64,000 bases of DNA from Eledone cirrhosa (Eukaryota), in NCBI GenBank assembly GCA_964016885.1, contig OZ024743.1, forward strand, positions 286,998,001-287,062,000, in the 5' to 3' direction. This document shows positions 1 to 13,461 of the stretch, in pieces. Every line of letters starts with the position of its first letter. The first letter of the stretch is position 1. Both the position numbers and the translations under genes were made by a program. Under the pieces are notes generated by a model. That model did not search any database, was not told the DNA's origin, and saw nothing but the letters and a program-made list of their open reading frames with translations.

Positions 1-1244
1 GTCCTTATAATGTGCTTCTTCTAAATAGCTAGTTAGCTCAGTCTCTATTCTGCTATTCTCTATAACTATTTTTTTAATGAAGCTAACCAATACTGCTGTA
101 ATTTTCTTCTTTAGCGATATTCACCACTTGTTTGGTGTTAATGATGGCCCCTGTCATTTGTTGCTGATACAGTCCCAAAAATCTTTGTGTAGGGAAAGAT
201 GCATTAAACTTCCAGTAACTGGGTCCCTGTCTAATGGTTTATTCTTAGTTGATTGTATAGGTCACAAATTTATGATCTGTGCATCCAGCTGCCTCAACCT
301 ATAGACAACTTATACCGATTCTAGCTGTTACCCTAAGTATGATCTGGATGACTCAATAGATGAGTCCACATTGGTGCATTCAGAAAATCCAGACAAAATC
401 TATTAGACAATTGGAAGTGCCTGAGAAGGTGTGTGAGGCTTTTGCACCCCCCCCCCCCTCCGGCTGGTTACATCCTCACAATCCCTGTGTGCATCCAAAA
501 TGTTATTCTCATTTCCCACTAACACTAATGGGATTGTTACATATTTACAAATGCTAAACTCCATTTCACCACCCCTTCCACCATAACACCTTTTTTTAAA
601 AAAACCCAAAACAGATATTTGTGTGTACATGTGTGTATGTATGTTTATATGTGAATTACTTTTAAAACAAATATGTTTTTCTTTTCTGACCACTCCTTTT
701 TAACAGCTCACTCACATCATTTTGTTTGCATTTTTATTCTGAATTAATTTGATTTGATTTTTACATTTTTTACACTATAAGGCAGAAGAAACAGAAAGTC
801 ATTTACTTACAGTATGTTACACACAAACACATATAATACACTGAGGACTGCAGGTGGTGGTGTGTGTGTGTGGGGGGGGGGGGGCAAAGACTGTAGTCTA
901 TGTTTTAACTAATATGTAATTCTTTGTTAATTGTCATTTATTTAATGCAGGTGCTTTAGTGCAATTAATTATTTCCTGTTAAACTAAACCTTTACAAAGA
1001 ACTAAGTTTTTAGTTAGATTAACTTAACCAATGACAATCAATAAAGCACAGGATGAAGCATTTAATAAGACAGAGATTTGTAATGTTCAGTCATGAACAG
1101 TTATATGTTAAATTCTCTAGTGTTTAGAAATTGAGTGATGTTTTTGTCAGGGTAATTAATTCCAGTAAAAGAAACAAGGAGGAAAAACGATCACTAAAAC
1201 CAATGTGTATAAGAAACTATTAAATTAATTGTATAAATTATGAT

Positions 1245-1462
1245 AATGGTTTCTGAATTAGGCACAAGGTCAACGATTTCTGAGGAGAGGAAAGTTGATT
1301 AAATCAACCCCAGTATGTTATTGGTACTATATTTTATCTACCCCATAAGGATGAAAGGCAAAGCTAACCTCAATGGGATTTGACCTCAGAACTTCAAGGA
1401 CCATAACTGTATGCCATAAAGTATGTTGTCCGATGCTCTAATGATACTGCCAATCCACCACC
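1245..1462 (-). mobile_element. tRNA-derived SINE (family A), diverged copy
   Basis: Reverse complement of the SINE at 29941-30130: shares ggcacaagg, ggtact..attttatc..cccc..aaggatgaaaggcaaag and gatactgccaatccac. Confidence 0.85.
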
Positions 1463-1653
1463 TTTATATAAATTATGATAATTAATGATATAATCATTCA
1501 ATTGATATAATGATGAAATAACAAATATATGCCAGAGTAGTTAATGTGTCTTAGTTTTCAACCATAGAATTTCGATGGGGCTAGCTAGGTCTACTTATGT
1601 GTTGATGGGTAACCCTGAATGTTTTATATCACATCTTGTGTTAATTATTGCGT

Positions 1654-1893
1654 TATAGGGTTAGGGTTAGGGTTAGGGTGAGGGTTAGGGTTAGGGTTAG
1701 GTTTAGGTTTAGGTTTAGGTTTAGGCTTAGGCCTAGGCTTAGGGTTAGAATTAGGGTTAGGGTTAGGGTTAGGGTTAGGGTGAGGGTAAGGGTTAGGGTT
1801 AGGGTTAGGTTTAGGTTTAGGTTTAGGCTTAGGCTTAGGCTTAGGGTTAGGGTTAGAATTAGGGTTAGAATTAGGGTTAGGGTTAGGGCTAGG
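1654..1893 (+). repeat. Interstitial telomere-like (TTAGGG)n array with variant units
   Basis: About 40 hexamers of TTAGGG mixed with TTTAGG, CTTAGG, TGAGGG and TTAGAA; unique sequence on both sides. Confidence 0.95.
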
Positions 1894-2605
1894 ATTACAT
1901 CGTTCCTGCCTTAATTGAGATATTTTATGTTTTTTTAAACCTATGTTGCTTCGAAAGTGATAATTTGTTTTCACTAAAACAGATGATATAATATTTGTGC
2001 ATGTGGTAGTAAGTAGTTTTTCATTATTTCACATTTAATAACCAAGCAGTATTGAAACAAGATTGCACTGTGTTTGTAGATGATCATCAGTGAGGAGATA
2101 TGATCATACTACTTTCAGTAAACAATAAACATTGAGGTACATATCACACTACTTTCAGCAGCCAATCCTCATTGAGACTTATTTCAGTTAACCAATCCCA
2201 CATTAATAATAATTATATTTGAACTTGCCTTTAACATTTGTCATCATGACCAGTCATATTATGAAAGACTGGACATTGTGTCAGCAAAAAAGTCATAACT
2301 CATCAAGATTTGGAGAAAGAGCAACAAATTGGAAGTGAGGGAAGTTTAACTGTTTAACAGAACAACAACAAACAGCATTTCAAGGCTATCTTCCCTGCTT
2401 AAGCAACGGTTTACCTTGAGGGTTCCATGATAAGATTCTCCACTTTTCTCTATCATCTACATCCCTCTTCACCATCCCCTTGTCATTCATTTCCTCCTCC
2501 ATCTATGCTTTATAGAATGTGATACAGTAAAAACTGTTAAAAAGGTAGGAAGGCATGCAAAGCTATTGACCAGGATAACCAACAAGTATTTTGTTTCTAG
2601 AATAT

Positions 2606-2665
2606 AGTTTTGTCTAGATAAATAGAACTCTATTAAAATAGAGTTTTATTTATCTAGACAAAACT
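2606..2665. repeat. Short near-perfect inverted repeat (29-bp arms)
   Basis: AGTTTTGTCTAGATAAATAGAACTCTATT-aa-AATAGAGTTTTATTTATCTAGACAAAACT. Confidence 0.9.
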
Positions 2666-3310
2666 TTATTATCTGTTCAATGCTATGTAATAAATTTGTT
2701 ATTATTTATTTTGTCAACATAATATTACAAATAAAAAGAAACAAAAGAAAAGGGAGAGGAAAAAACACACACAAGCAGATAATACACACATCTAGGACCA
2801 CATACACCAAAAGGCAAGCGAAAGAGGTGGACAAACCGAACCCATGCCAGAACAAAAGATAACAATATCGCGAGGAGCACTGGAAACCTCTCTCATAATT
2901 TTGTATTTTGATTAGCTTTAACAGATTGTTGAATCATGTCAAAAGAAATGCAACAAAAGTTAGTGGGATCATCTTAAGCAACAGAACTATTAGATGCAGG
3001 CTCTTTGATAGAAAACTTAAACCCAACCTGAATGCCCTTCAGAGAATCTTTCATGGATATGAAAACATAATGAATAGACAACAGAAGACTGGCATAGAGT
3101 CATATGAGGGATGAAATGTAGTTATTAATTTTCAGAAGCAACAAATTACAATATGTGGGGCACAAGCCAAACAAAGATTTGTTACCTGAGTGTACAACAG
3201 CAATAATGAAGCACCTTGTTGCTGTAATGCTGTAGGGCTCTATGTCTGGCAGAAGTGTTGGCTACATTGAAATATCCATTTGTTCAGTTTTGGTCAGTCT
3301 GCCTAGCCAT

Positions 3311-3790
3311 TATCATCATCATCATCATTTAACATCTAGCATGGGTTAGATGGGAATTGTCCCACTTGAGGCAAGATTGATTGGGTGACCACGTCTCACT
3401 CGTATAGGACTGTATCTGGCAGATTTTCTATGGCTGGATGCCCTTCATAACACCAACCACATTTACAGTGTGGACTGGGAGCCTTTTTACCGTGTCTCCT
3501 ACGCGACCACTTTACAGCATGGACTGTGTGTTTTTTGTTGTGACACCTACACAACCTCTTTAGTTTGGACTGGATGTTGTGATACCAACATAACTTTACA
3601 GAGAAAGGGTGGTGTTGGTGGGTGTGGGAGGATGGGGTAGGGGTAGTGCGTTGGGGTGTATATTTGGTTAAGAAGTGCCTACCGACTGTAGGTTAACTTT
3701 GTACGTAGGGAAAGCGGGTCTTCTGTATTACTGCGTGGCACCAAAGATCTCGATCCAGTGACATTGTCTTAGAGAGGTGAAAGTGTTCAA
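3311..3790 (-). mobile_element. RTE LINE 3' UTR fragment (5'-truncated copy)
   Basis: (CAT)n tail, then ctagcatgggttaga and the ~45-bp acagtgtggactgg repeats; colinear with 9157-9545 and the reverse complement of 45420-45820. Confidence 0.85.
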
Positions 3791-4377
3791 GGTCGGAGGC
3801 TATAAAGTAAATAATTCCTACAAGTTTTTATTAGTTTATATTTTTCTATTTTAGGTGGTCCTGCTGATGATACAACAAAAAGTACACAGTTCACCCTGTT
3901 AGATGGTCGTTTTGGTGGACCTAATAAAAAGCACCCAGTCCACACTAGGCATCCAGTTGTAGAAACGAAGCCAAAATACAGACCCATATAAGCAAGACAT
4001 GGTCACCTGACTTGACTTATCTTGTTATGTGACAACCTGTTTAACCCATGCAAGCATGGAAAAAAATGAACATTAAATGATGATGATGATGATGAAAGCA
4101 CTAAGTGTCAGACTTTGTTTAAAATGTTTTTAGAACTTTGATTAATATTTAATGCGTAAATTTGTACACCATTTAATGGATGAATGGAACTTCCAATATC
4201 TCTCTTAACAAACTGACATTTTGATTAAGAAATCATTAATATGTGAATCCTTGATTTTATTTCTAGTCAGTTGAGTTTAGTTATTGTAAAGAAATAACAT
4301 ACATTCTCTTGAGAGAACTGAAGGATGTCATTGATTTATCAAGCTCGGACAGTTGACCTCGGATACAAACTAATTTG

Positions 4378-5345
4378 ATATGTGTATGTATGTATGTACA
4401 TGTGTATGTATGTATGTACATGTGTGTGTGTATGTACATGTGTGTGTATGTATATGTGTGTATGTACATGTGTATATATGTATGTATATGTGTGTGTATG
4501 TGTATATATGTGGGTCTAAGGTGACATCTACAACAGTGTATTACTTTTAATCCTTGTCCCATAGAACTATATCTGGTATGTATGTATGTATGCATGTATG
4601 TGTGTGTATGTATGTATGTATGTATGTGTGTGTATGTATGTATGTATGTATGTGAAAGGCCCCCAATTGTTGTCACAACACCTTTCTAGGAGAGGGGAAA
4701 CTCTGAAAAAAAACCTGCGGCTTTGGAAGCATCTGATGATGTTGGCCAGTTCTCCTTTTCAGGTAGTGTTTTCGATGCTCAGAGAGTGGGATTGGTCAAG
4801 TGCAAGGCCTTTCCCAACTTTCAAAACCTTCAAAGCACAGGCATTGCTTGTTCAGGATATGTTACAGGTTTGTGTGGCTGGCCGTAGCCTAAAAGTGCAC
4901 CAAACTCTATAATTTGACAAGCGATTGCAGTACTGTTAGCAAAGTTTGCAGCCATCATGATGTATTATGTATGTATGTGTGTGTGGGTATATATGTGTGG
5001 GGCTAGGGTGTCAGAAGTGCAGTGCAGTCTTACCAGAAGCAAGGGGCCAGTGATGTTACATAGCAAATTTGCAGGCTTTTTTGGGTGCTCTCCTGTCTAA
5101 AGGGTATACCGTGTAAAACAGTTGAACATCTGCACAGGGAGATTCAGTCTGGATATGAGTGAAGACACAAAGGTAGGTCCCTTTGCTTTCTACAACAGTA
5201 TATATGTGTGTGTATGTATGTATGCATGTATGCATATATGTGTGTATGTATGTCTGTAAGTAGGTAAGTATCTATGTATGTAGGTAGAAAGGTATGTATG
5301 TGTGTATGCGCGTATATATATGTTATGTATGTGTGCGTGTATGTA
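4378..5345. repeat. (TG)n/(TATG)n microsatellite blocks
   Basis: Long TATG/TGTG tracts at 4378-4512, 4577-4652, 4965-5000 and 5200-5348. Confidence 0.9.
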
Positions 5346-5635
5346 TGTATTTATACAATGGATTGCTGTTTTTATTCTAATATTCCATCAATGTCCCTTA
5401 TTTTAAAAGGTGCGGATACATTTAGGTTCTGGTGTGCCTTTGATATGACCATCATGTCTATTCTTCCTTCAAATAGTTTCCACAATTATGTTGTGTCTCA
5501 TAGAATGGTAATGCCTCACTGATGAAATGGGTGATATCTTCCACACTAGTATGACACAATCAACATTTTTCTATTACACCATGAAGGTTTAGAAGTATCC
5601 TTATCTCTCTTATTGATCAGATATTTAGTAGCTCC

Positions 5636-5724
5636 CTGCCTTGAATCCCATAACCAAAGTTTTTCATACCATTATCAATAGTTTATAATGGTGTGGAAGA
5701 CTTTGGTTATGGGAATCAAGGTAG
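5636..5724 (+). other. Imperfect 89-nt hairpin (40-bp arms)
   Basis: CTGCCTTGAATCCCATAACCAAAGTTTTTCATACCATTAT, 9-nt loop, ATAATGGTGTGGAAGACTTTGGTTATGGGAATCAAGGTAG. Confidence 0.8.
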
Positions 5725-6023
5725 AAGTTTAATTTATTTTAACAATAATGACAGTCCAAGTTGTGAGAAGAGTTGTAGTTCAAGAATTGAAAAGTATAGA
5801 ATGCAACTGGTTAATAAACATACATCAAGTTCAGCATTCATTTTTTTTAACCAAATGATGTGTGCTATTTTGTAGAACATGAGTTTATTTGATCAATAAC
5901 CAACTGTCATGTCTCTCCGGGTGACTTTACATTTGATAGTTTTGTAACAATCACCTGGAGAGTTTCACTACTGAAGTCATATGTCTTAGGAAAAACATTA
6001 GAAAAATACTTACTCTGTAGCCC

Positions 6024-6068
6024 AATTGACAGTACAACTGCCATTACATGGCAGTTGTACTGTCAATT
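6024..6068. repeat. Perfect hairpin, 21-bp arms, 3-nt loop
   Basis: AATTGACAGTACAACTGCCAT-tac-ATGGCAGTTGTACTGTCAATT. Confidence 0.9.
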
Positions 6069-6984
6069 TACATTCCAGATTACCTGCTCACCCAGAATGA
6101 CTCCAGATCATGCTGGGATGAGCATTTACAACTGTAATGATATGGCCTTTCCTATTGCAATATATCATTTGTGAGCTTAGTATAAAATTTCTTACCCTCT
6201 CTCTCTCTCTTTCTTACTCACTGTCTCTGGAAGAACAGACAAATCTTTGTCATGGAACACAACAGCTGTACACATGACAGGTAAAGCAATATCTTCTCCC
6301 AGGTCTTTTCAAAAAAGTACTTCCTAATAAATGTCAATGACCACCCAACAATACCAAGCTATCTTATGATACAGTACTAAAGACACCAAGAAATTAATGC
6401 AGCTTCTCAAACCCGAAAATATCAACAATTCTGATTATATTCCACTCAAGGCCCTAAAGGAATTCTGTAAGGAACAGCTAACTAGCCAAATACTACTTTG
6501 CTCATTTTGTCAATGTTTTATTACAGCTTATTACATAATATTGTTTTCTTCTATAAAGATGAAATTATAGTCAGAAAAAAGTGTATAAACTAGATTAATT
6601 TTGTTCACTGTATATAAATGTGCTCTGGCATCAACTTACCGACTGCGTGATTGGCACTTTGTTGTCCATCATCATCTAGACACCTAGAGCACTTGGATGT
6701 AAATAGATACTATTAGAAGTTGTAACACTTTTTTGGTGTAGAAATACCATTATATAATTGATGTGTGTTTCATTAAGAGTAAGAGAGAATAGTGGGGAGT
6801 TCTTCTCAGTTGACTAGATCTAGAAAAACAAAGCAATTTAAAAATGGTTTCTTTCTTGCTCGTATTTTCTTGAGAAAAAACTAATCTTTTACACATTTGA
6901 AATTGTAATCACAATTTGACATCACCAATTTCTATATAGTATCTAACTTCATTCACTATTATTATTTCTAAATTCATTTTTTAC

Positions 6985-8195
6985 ATATTCATATAGAGTC
7001 TTCAGGGTAACAAGAAACTGTCTGTCAATCCCATTCTCCTGTAGAAGCTTCCACAGCAGGTCCTGCAGAGGTCTACAAAACAAGCAACAACTCTTGGCAA
7101 TACACCCATGATTTCTTGAAGATCTGCTGCGGTGTGAATATTTGGTTGGCTGTGTCCACGGTGTAAACATCACTGTTCATAATTGGGGTAATCACTCTTG
7201 TCTCTCTTTTTGAAAATTGGGATAATCCTTCTTAATTGCCAGATCCAGGCCATCCAGCACACAGGACTAAACCAGAGAATACCTTCTCTAATAGCATTCA
7301 ATGTAGGGGACTCTGCCTAAAGTGTGTAGACACCTCTCCTGTTAATAATCTTCATGAACAAGATTGACATATGCAGCTAGATTAGAAGTGGTATCAAAAC
7401 CAGTGGGTGTCGGTTCAGTCGGCTGGAATTTGCAGACGACATGGTACTTCTTAATTCATTGGAAGGTGATCTCTGACATGCACTTGATATATTTGATGCC
7501 GAGTGCTGCATGACAGGAATGAAAATCAGTGCCAAGAAAATAGAGACACTCATCCTCTCAAGGAAGCCTATACAGTGCACACTACATGTAAGTGGAGTTT
7601 CACTGAAGAAGGTGGAGAAGTTCAAGTATCTCGGGTCCGTGTTCACAAGTGATGGAAGGCAGAAGACTGAATTAAGTACAAGAATTGCTGGAGCTAGTAC
7701 AGTAATGCAACAGCTTCAGCATTCAGTCATCAGAAGAAGTGGGTATGTGTAAAAGCCAAACTCACTATCTTCAATTTAGTATTTGTTCCAACCTTTACTG
7801 GTCATGAATCTTAGGTAATGACCAAAAGAATACAATTACAAATCGGAGATCAGGGAGTCACTCACTGATTTGAGGGATCACAGCTCTGATACTATGGACA
7901 TGTGATCAGAATATCTGAGGGAAGTATCCCTGGACAGATTTTATAGGCAAAACCAGCTGGCAGGAGACCCAGGGGTAGACCCCAAGCAAGATGGTTTGCT
8001 ATCATCCTTGAGCTCAGTTGATTTTGCTTGGGGATCCAGTTGGATCAATTGGAAACAATTGCTTCTAACAGGACCAGCTGGCGAGAGTGTTTGAGGACTC
8101 TGCTCCCACAACCCTCCCAGGAATAAGTGGACAAAGAAGAAGAAGAAGAAAAAGAAAAAGAAAAAGAAAAAGAAAAAGAAAAAGAAAAAGAAAAC
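6985..8195 (+). mobile_element. Decayed RTE-clade LINE (family 2) with inverted 5' segment
   Basis: Plus strand 7305-8130: PLLLIIFM..LEFADDMV..GMKISAKKIE..VEKFKYLGSVFTSDG, ending in a (GAA)n/(GAAAAA)n tail. Minus strand 7300-6990: earlier RT motifs (IIPIFKK.D...NY, QIFKKSW, LWKLLQENGI..LKTLYE). Confidence 0.85.
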
Positions 8196-9156
8196 TTTTT
8201 CATTTTGAGCTAATGTCTAAGAGAAACCAGCCTGAATCAAAACATTGATACATCGCTTGTATCATAGCTTAGCATGGTGGGTAGCATAGTGTAATGTAAA
8301 GAAATTGTGATGTCAAGCTATCCAGTCTATTAAATCAAAGATACTGACATTTGTTAGGCTATCTTCAAGTTGCCACAACTAAATAATTGTTTTAGCTGTC
8401 AAGTGACTGCAAGAAGAATGCTTTCATCCTATTATTATTCTAAAGAGACATGGTATATGAGGTAATTACTTTATCAGCAGTGACAAGCTCAACTTCATTT
8501 TAACTTCATAGCAATCATATAGAATTATATACCAAGACCGTGTAGTTTGCTTGCAAATGATATGTTCATACATCAGCTGTCTGATTCAACATCTTCGGAC
8601 TAAACGTTTTTTTTAGCATCTTTAATTAATCAATTTATTTCTCCAACTGTGATGTAGATTTAAACACAACAAATGATATCAAATTTATGATTTACAGATA
8701 AAATATTTCTCAAGAGATGAGAAAATTGAATATAAAGTTACTTGTTGATTTTGTATGACTACAAGATAAATTGCTGTTTGCATTTTAATTACTCTTAATG
8801 ATTGACATTATTTTTCCTTGTGAAAACTCACATAGAATTTCTAGTTACACTTACTGATGGCTATTGTTTTACTTGAATTATTTCTTTCTTTTTGTTTTCT
8901 TTCTGGTAGTATGAAATGGAAGCTTGTGTTTAATTTAGAAATTCCAACTGAAAGCATCTTTAAAATATTGATGGTAATATGGACGACAACATTAAAGAAA
9001 ATCTGCTTTAATAAATGAGGGCAACTTTTGATGTCAAGTTGAGTTACATTTCGTTTTCCAGTTAAACCAATTTGTATAATTTTTATATGGAAATGTGTGA
9101 ACATCACAGCACCTCTTTTCCCTTTTCTCTTAAATTATAGTGCTTTGTAACCACTT

Positions 9157-12100
9157 CATCATCATCATCATCACTGTTTTACGTCCGTTCTTCCACGCTA
9201 GCATGGGTTAGACGGGTTGTCCTGTTGTGGGCAGTGTCTGGTCGGCTGACCATGCCTTGCTCATACAGGAACTGGTTAGGCTTGATTTCTACAGCTGGAT
9301 GCCCTTCCTAACACTAACCTCATTTACAGTGAGTGCTGGGTGCTTTTTCGTGGCGCCTACACGTCCACTTTACAGTGTGGGCTGGGTGCTTTTTTGCCGT
9401 GGCACCTCCACGACCACCTTGCGGTGGGAGGGTGTGGAGGCATATTGTCTATATGCTTCAGCTTGTACCCATGGGAGGTCGGGTACTCTGTATTACTGCG
9501 TGACGCCAGAGGTCACGGTCGTGTGTCATCGCCTTTGAGAGGTGTAATTGGGTAAGGTTGGCTTTTATCACCTCATCCCAGGTCATCTTGGGTCTCCCCA
9601 CTCCGCGGTTTCCATTGACTTCTAGTGCTGTGCACCTTTTTATGCAGCTGTCATCCTTCATACGCATCACATGTCCATACCAACACAACCACCTCTCCTG
9701 CACACAGCATTTGATTCCTCTTATGCTCAGTCTCTCTCTCAATTCATTTATGCTTTGTTGTTCGCGTATATTACTATTACACATCCATCGGAGCATGCAG
9801 GCTTCGTTTCTCTCTAATCTACGTAAGTATTCCACCTTCAGCGCCCAGGTCTCACTACCATGCAACATCGCTGTTCGGATACATGCATCATACAGTCTGC
9901 CTTTCATTTTGAGGGAGAAGCCTTTTGCAGCTAGCAGTGGCAGTAGTTCCCTAAACTTCTTCCATCATCCCGTTCTTACCCGAGTTATTGTACTTTCTGA
10001 ACACCCACCTCCGCTGCTAATTCGGTCACCTAGGTAGCAGAAGCTGTCTACTGTTTCGACAGAGCCCTCCCAGAGATTGGCGGTACTTGTTTCCTGTGGC
10101 TGTTTGCTGCCTGCTGTCCCAGCACAGCTGCTGCATGTGAAGCCTACATTCTTAATTAAGCTTCTTGAGATCCTGCTACATCTCTTGTGTACCCATTGTT
10201 TGCATTTGGGGCAGAGAATGGAGTTCCTACCTACACCTTTCCTACATACTGAGCAAGGCCATTTCCCTGAGGGGATCTGGGTTCTGTTTTCTCGTCTACT
10301 TACAAGGACCTTAGTCTTTGTCATGTTGACTTTGAGACCCTTACTTTCTAGTCCCTGCTTCCAAGTTTGGAATTTATTCTCTAGTTCTACCATAGATTCA
10401 GCTATAAGTGCGAGGTCATCAGCATACAGGATTTCCCATGGGCATCCAGTCTTAAACTCCTCCATTATTGCCTGCAGGACTATGATGAACAGGAGGGGGC
10501 TAAGAACAGAGCCCTGGTGGACCCCAACCTGTACGCTAAATTCCTCGCTATACTCATTGCTAATCCTAACTTTACTGACTGCTCCCCTATACATGGCTTG
10601 TACCACTTTCACAAGCCATTCATCTACTCCTAGTTTTCTAAGAGCCCACCAGATTACAGCACGTGGAACTCTGTCAAAGGCTTTCTCAAGGTCGACAAAT
10701 GCCAGGTAGAGTGGCTTACTTTTCGCTAGGTACTTTTCCTGTAACTGCCTGACAAGGAAGAGGGCATCAGTGGTGCCTCTTCCTGGTACAAACCCAAATT
10801 GCATCTCGTCTAGTTTCACCCGGTCCCTAATCAACTGTGCTATAACTCTTTCTGTTACTTTCATGACCTGGTCCATCAGCTTTATACCTCTATAGTTTCC
10901 TCTATCTAGTGCATCACCTTTACCTTTGTAGCAGTTGACAATGATGTTACTGCACCAATCTGTTGGTATGACACCTTCTAGTATTACCTGGTTAACAATA
11001 CGTGTGGTTATAGTGTGACCTACAGACCCAGATGCCTTCAGCATCTCGGCAGCTATACTCGATGGACCGGTTGCCTTCCCCATCTTCATATCTTTGATTG
11101 CCTTACTTACTACGCTGCTGCTGACTTGTACTGCTGGCCCCTCTATAGGGTCTACTTGGGGTAGAGTCTCTTCTTCCCATGCATTCTCCTCATTTAGTAA
11201 TCTATCATAATGACTCTTCCATGCATCTTTCTTCTCAGCACTTGTGAGGGCAAGCTCACCTTTATCATTCCAGATACACTTCTCTCCAATGACATCACAA
11301 TTCTCTCTGACACACTGCCTCGCAATCTTAAACACCTCCTGTTTCTGGTCCTCACGTTGCAAAACATGCTTGAATTTTCTATCCTCCGCTTCCCTCCTAG
11401 CTAAGTATACTTGTCGCCTAGCTTCCCTCTTGGTCTCTATGTAATGTACCCTGCTCCCCCCGTTCTTCCATTCTTTCCATGCCTGTCTCTTGGCCTTAAC
11501 TGCCTCATCTACCTTATTGTTCCACCACCAAGTCACTCTCCTCCTGCTTGAGGTCTTACTCCAGCCACAGACCTCATCCGTCGCCTCTAGCAAGTTATTT
11601 TTTAGGAACTCCCAGTTCTCTTCTACATTGAATGTCTCTATCTGTTCTTCTTTACTGTCGTAGGCATTGAGTAAAATATCTTTAAATCTGTTACTGGTTG
11701 AGGGGTCTTTCAGCTTCCAAATCTGTTACTGGTTGAGGGGTCTTTCAGCTTCTCCAGGTTGGCCTCTGTTTCCAGGTTCGTCTAGTTCTGACTGTGAAGT
11801 TGCTGACAACTAAGCTATGTTGGGATGTACATTCCTCACTAGGGAAGGCTTTTGTGTTTACGACCGTCCATCTGTCACGTCCTCTGATGAGGATAAAATC
11901 TATCTGACTAGAGTGCTCCCCTGATCTATAGGTGATCAGGTGGTTGTCGGGTTTTTTGAAGTTTGTGTTACATATCGATATGTCATTGGCGTCACAGAAT
12001 TCTAGAAGTCTGAATCCTTCCTCATTTCTTGTGCCAACCCCATGGCCTCCATGGACTCTATTGAAGCCGTCGCAGTGTTTACCTACGTGTCCGTTAAAAT

Positions 12101-13135
12101 CTCCTGCGATGATTAGGAAGTCATTGTCGTTTGTTAGAGCAGTAGTGCGCATTAGGGACTCGTAAAACCTATCCTTAAGTTCGTCTGGCAACTCCGATTG
12201 GGATGCGTAAGCTGATATTATTGTGGTAATTGTTTTATTCAGGACTAGTCTGAATTTAATGATTCTTGCATTTACCCTGTACACTGAGATTACTTTATCT
12301 ACCCACTTGTCAGCTAGTAGTATACCTACACCACCCATTCCATCATCATTTCCCACCCAGAAAAATTTGTAGCACCGACTTTTTCCTACAAGGACTCTAG
12401 CAGACTCTCCTCTCCATCTAGTCTCTTGCACACAGCATACATCAATTTCCTTTCGCTCTAGCATTTCTACGATTTCTCCTGCTCTTCATTTCATTGTGCC
12501 TACATTGATGGTACCAACTCGGAGTTTTGAGTATTTGTCGACACTCGTAGGGAATGGTCTCTGGATTGGTGCTTCACATGGGTGCTTGGTATCTCGCAGA
12601 TTCATATTTCATCTATTAATTCAGAGTTGCTCAAATTTATTCTCAGCTCATCCATCCATAACGGTAGGAAAATTCAGGGCTAGAAGAACAGTGGTGGTGG
12701 AATAATGGCAGGGTGTGTTGGGCTGGGACAGGGGAGGAGAGAGTTAGTTAGGTAGTAGTAGCAGAAGAAATGGCATGCTGAGGTTTGATTGGTCGAATAG
12801 GCTATGGTGGTGTGAATGGGTGGGTGGGAGGGAAATTGTGAGGTAGGGAGAGAGGGTCGCCATCAAGATGGATGACTGGAACGAAGCCAAATCAACTCTA
12901 GTGATTCATTTTAGCCTTTCAGAATAGAGTGTCTTATCTCTTCAATAGCTTCAAGATGAGTGAGGTGGAATGGGTGAAGAGGGAACGGGAGGTAATGAGT
13001 GGCTTAGAGATAGATAGAGAGAGGGTAGCCATCATAGAGAGAGAGATAGAGAGGGGTAGCCATCACAGAGAGAGGGTCGCCGCATGGCAAAGTAGCCGAT
13101 AGAATACCGCATGGCAAAGTAGCTGATAGAATACA
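9157..13135 (-). mobile_element. Near-full-length RTE-clade non-LTR retrotransposon (family 1)
   Basis: Single APE+RT ORF, long 5' UTR with small tandem repeats, 3' UTR with ~45-bp repeats and a (TGA)n tail at 9157-9173. Confidence 0.95.
9458..12600 (-). pseudogene. RTE ORF: APE endonuclease + reverse transcriptase + PHD-like finger; three visible disabling lesions
   Basis: APE motifs GTINVG, CVQETRW, AGDFNGHVG, SQIDFIL, SQH; RT motifs NYRGIKL, QFGF, FVDLEKAFD, GVHQGSVLSP, YADD, FCYLG. TGA at ~12487, 35-bp tandem duplication 11684-11752 (frameshift), extra TGA at 9965. Confidence 0.95.
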
Positions 13136-13151
13136 TCAACAATAATATTAA

Positions 13152-13335
13152 TAATTGTTTCTACTTTAGGCACAAGGCCAGCAAATACCCAGTGCATTAC
13201 TGGTACTTTATTTTATCGACCCCGTAAGGATGAAAGGCAAAGTCAACCTCGGCGGGATTTGAACTCAGATTGTAAAGGGACTTAACTATGCTGGAAAGCA
13301 TGGCGTCCGACCTTCCACCGATACTGCCAATCCAT
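13152..13335 (-). mobile_element. tRNA-derived SINE (family A)
   Basis: Close match to the reverse complement of 29941-30130. Confidence 0.9.
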
Positions 13336-13461
13336 AATAATAATAGCCAGTCATGGCCTGTAGCCTTTGATGGAAAAATAGACAGAGACAGAGTCAGCAT
13401 GGTAGGAGAATAACAAAGTAAATGTGTTGTGGGAGCTGAAATACCTTCATAAAATTTGTAT

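Noticed and set aside
1645-1974. PNPN/RVRV ORFs
   Set aside because: Translations of the telomeric hexamer array.
9558-12165. Plus-strand ORFs overlapping the RTE
   Set aside because: Antisense shadows of the RTE ORF, with no independent motifs.
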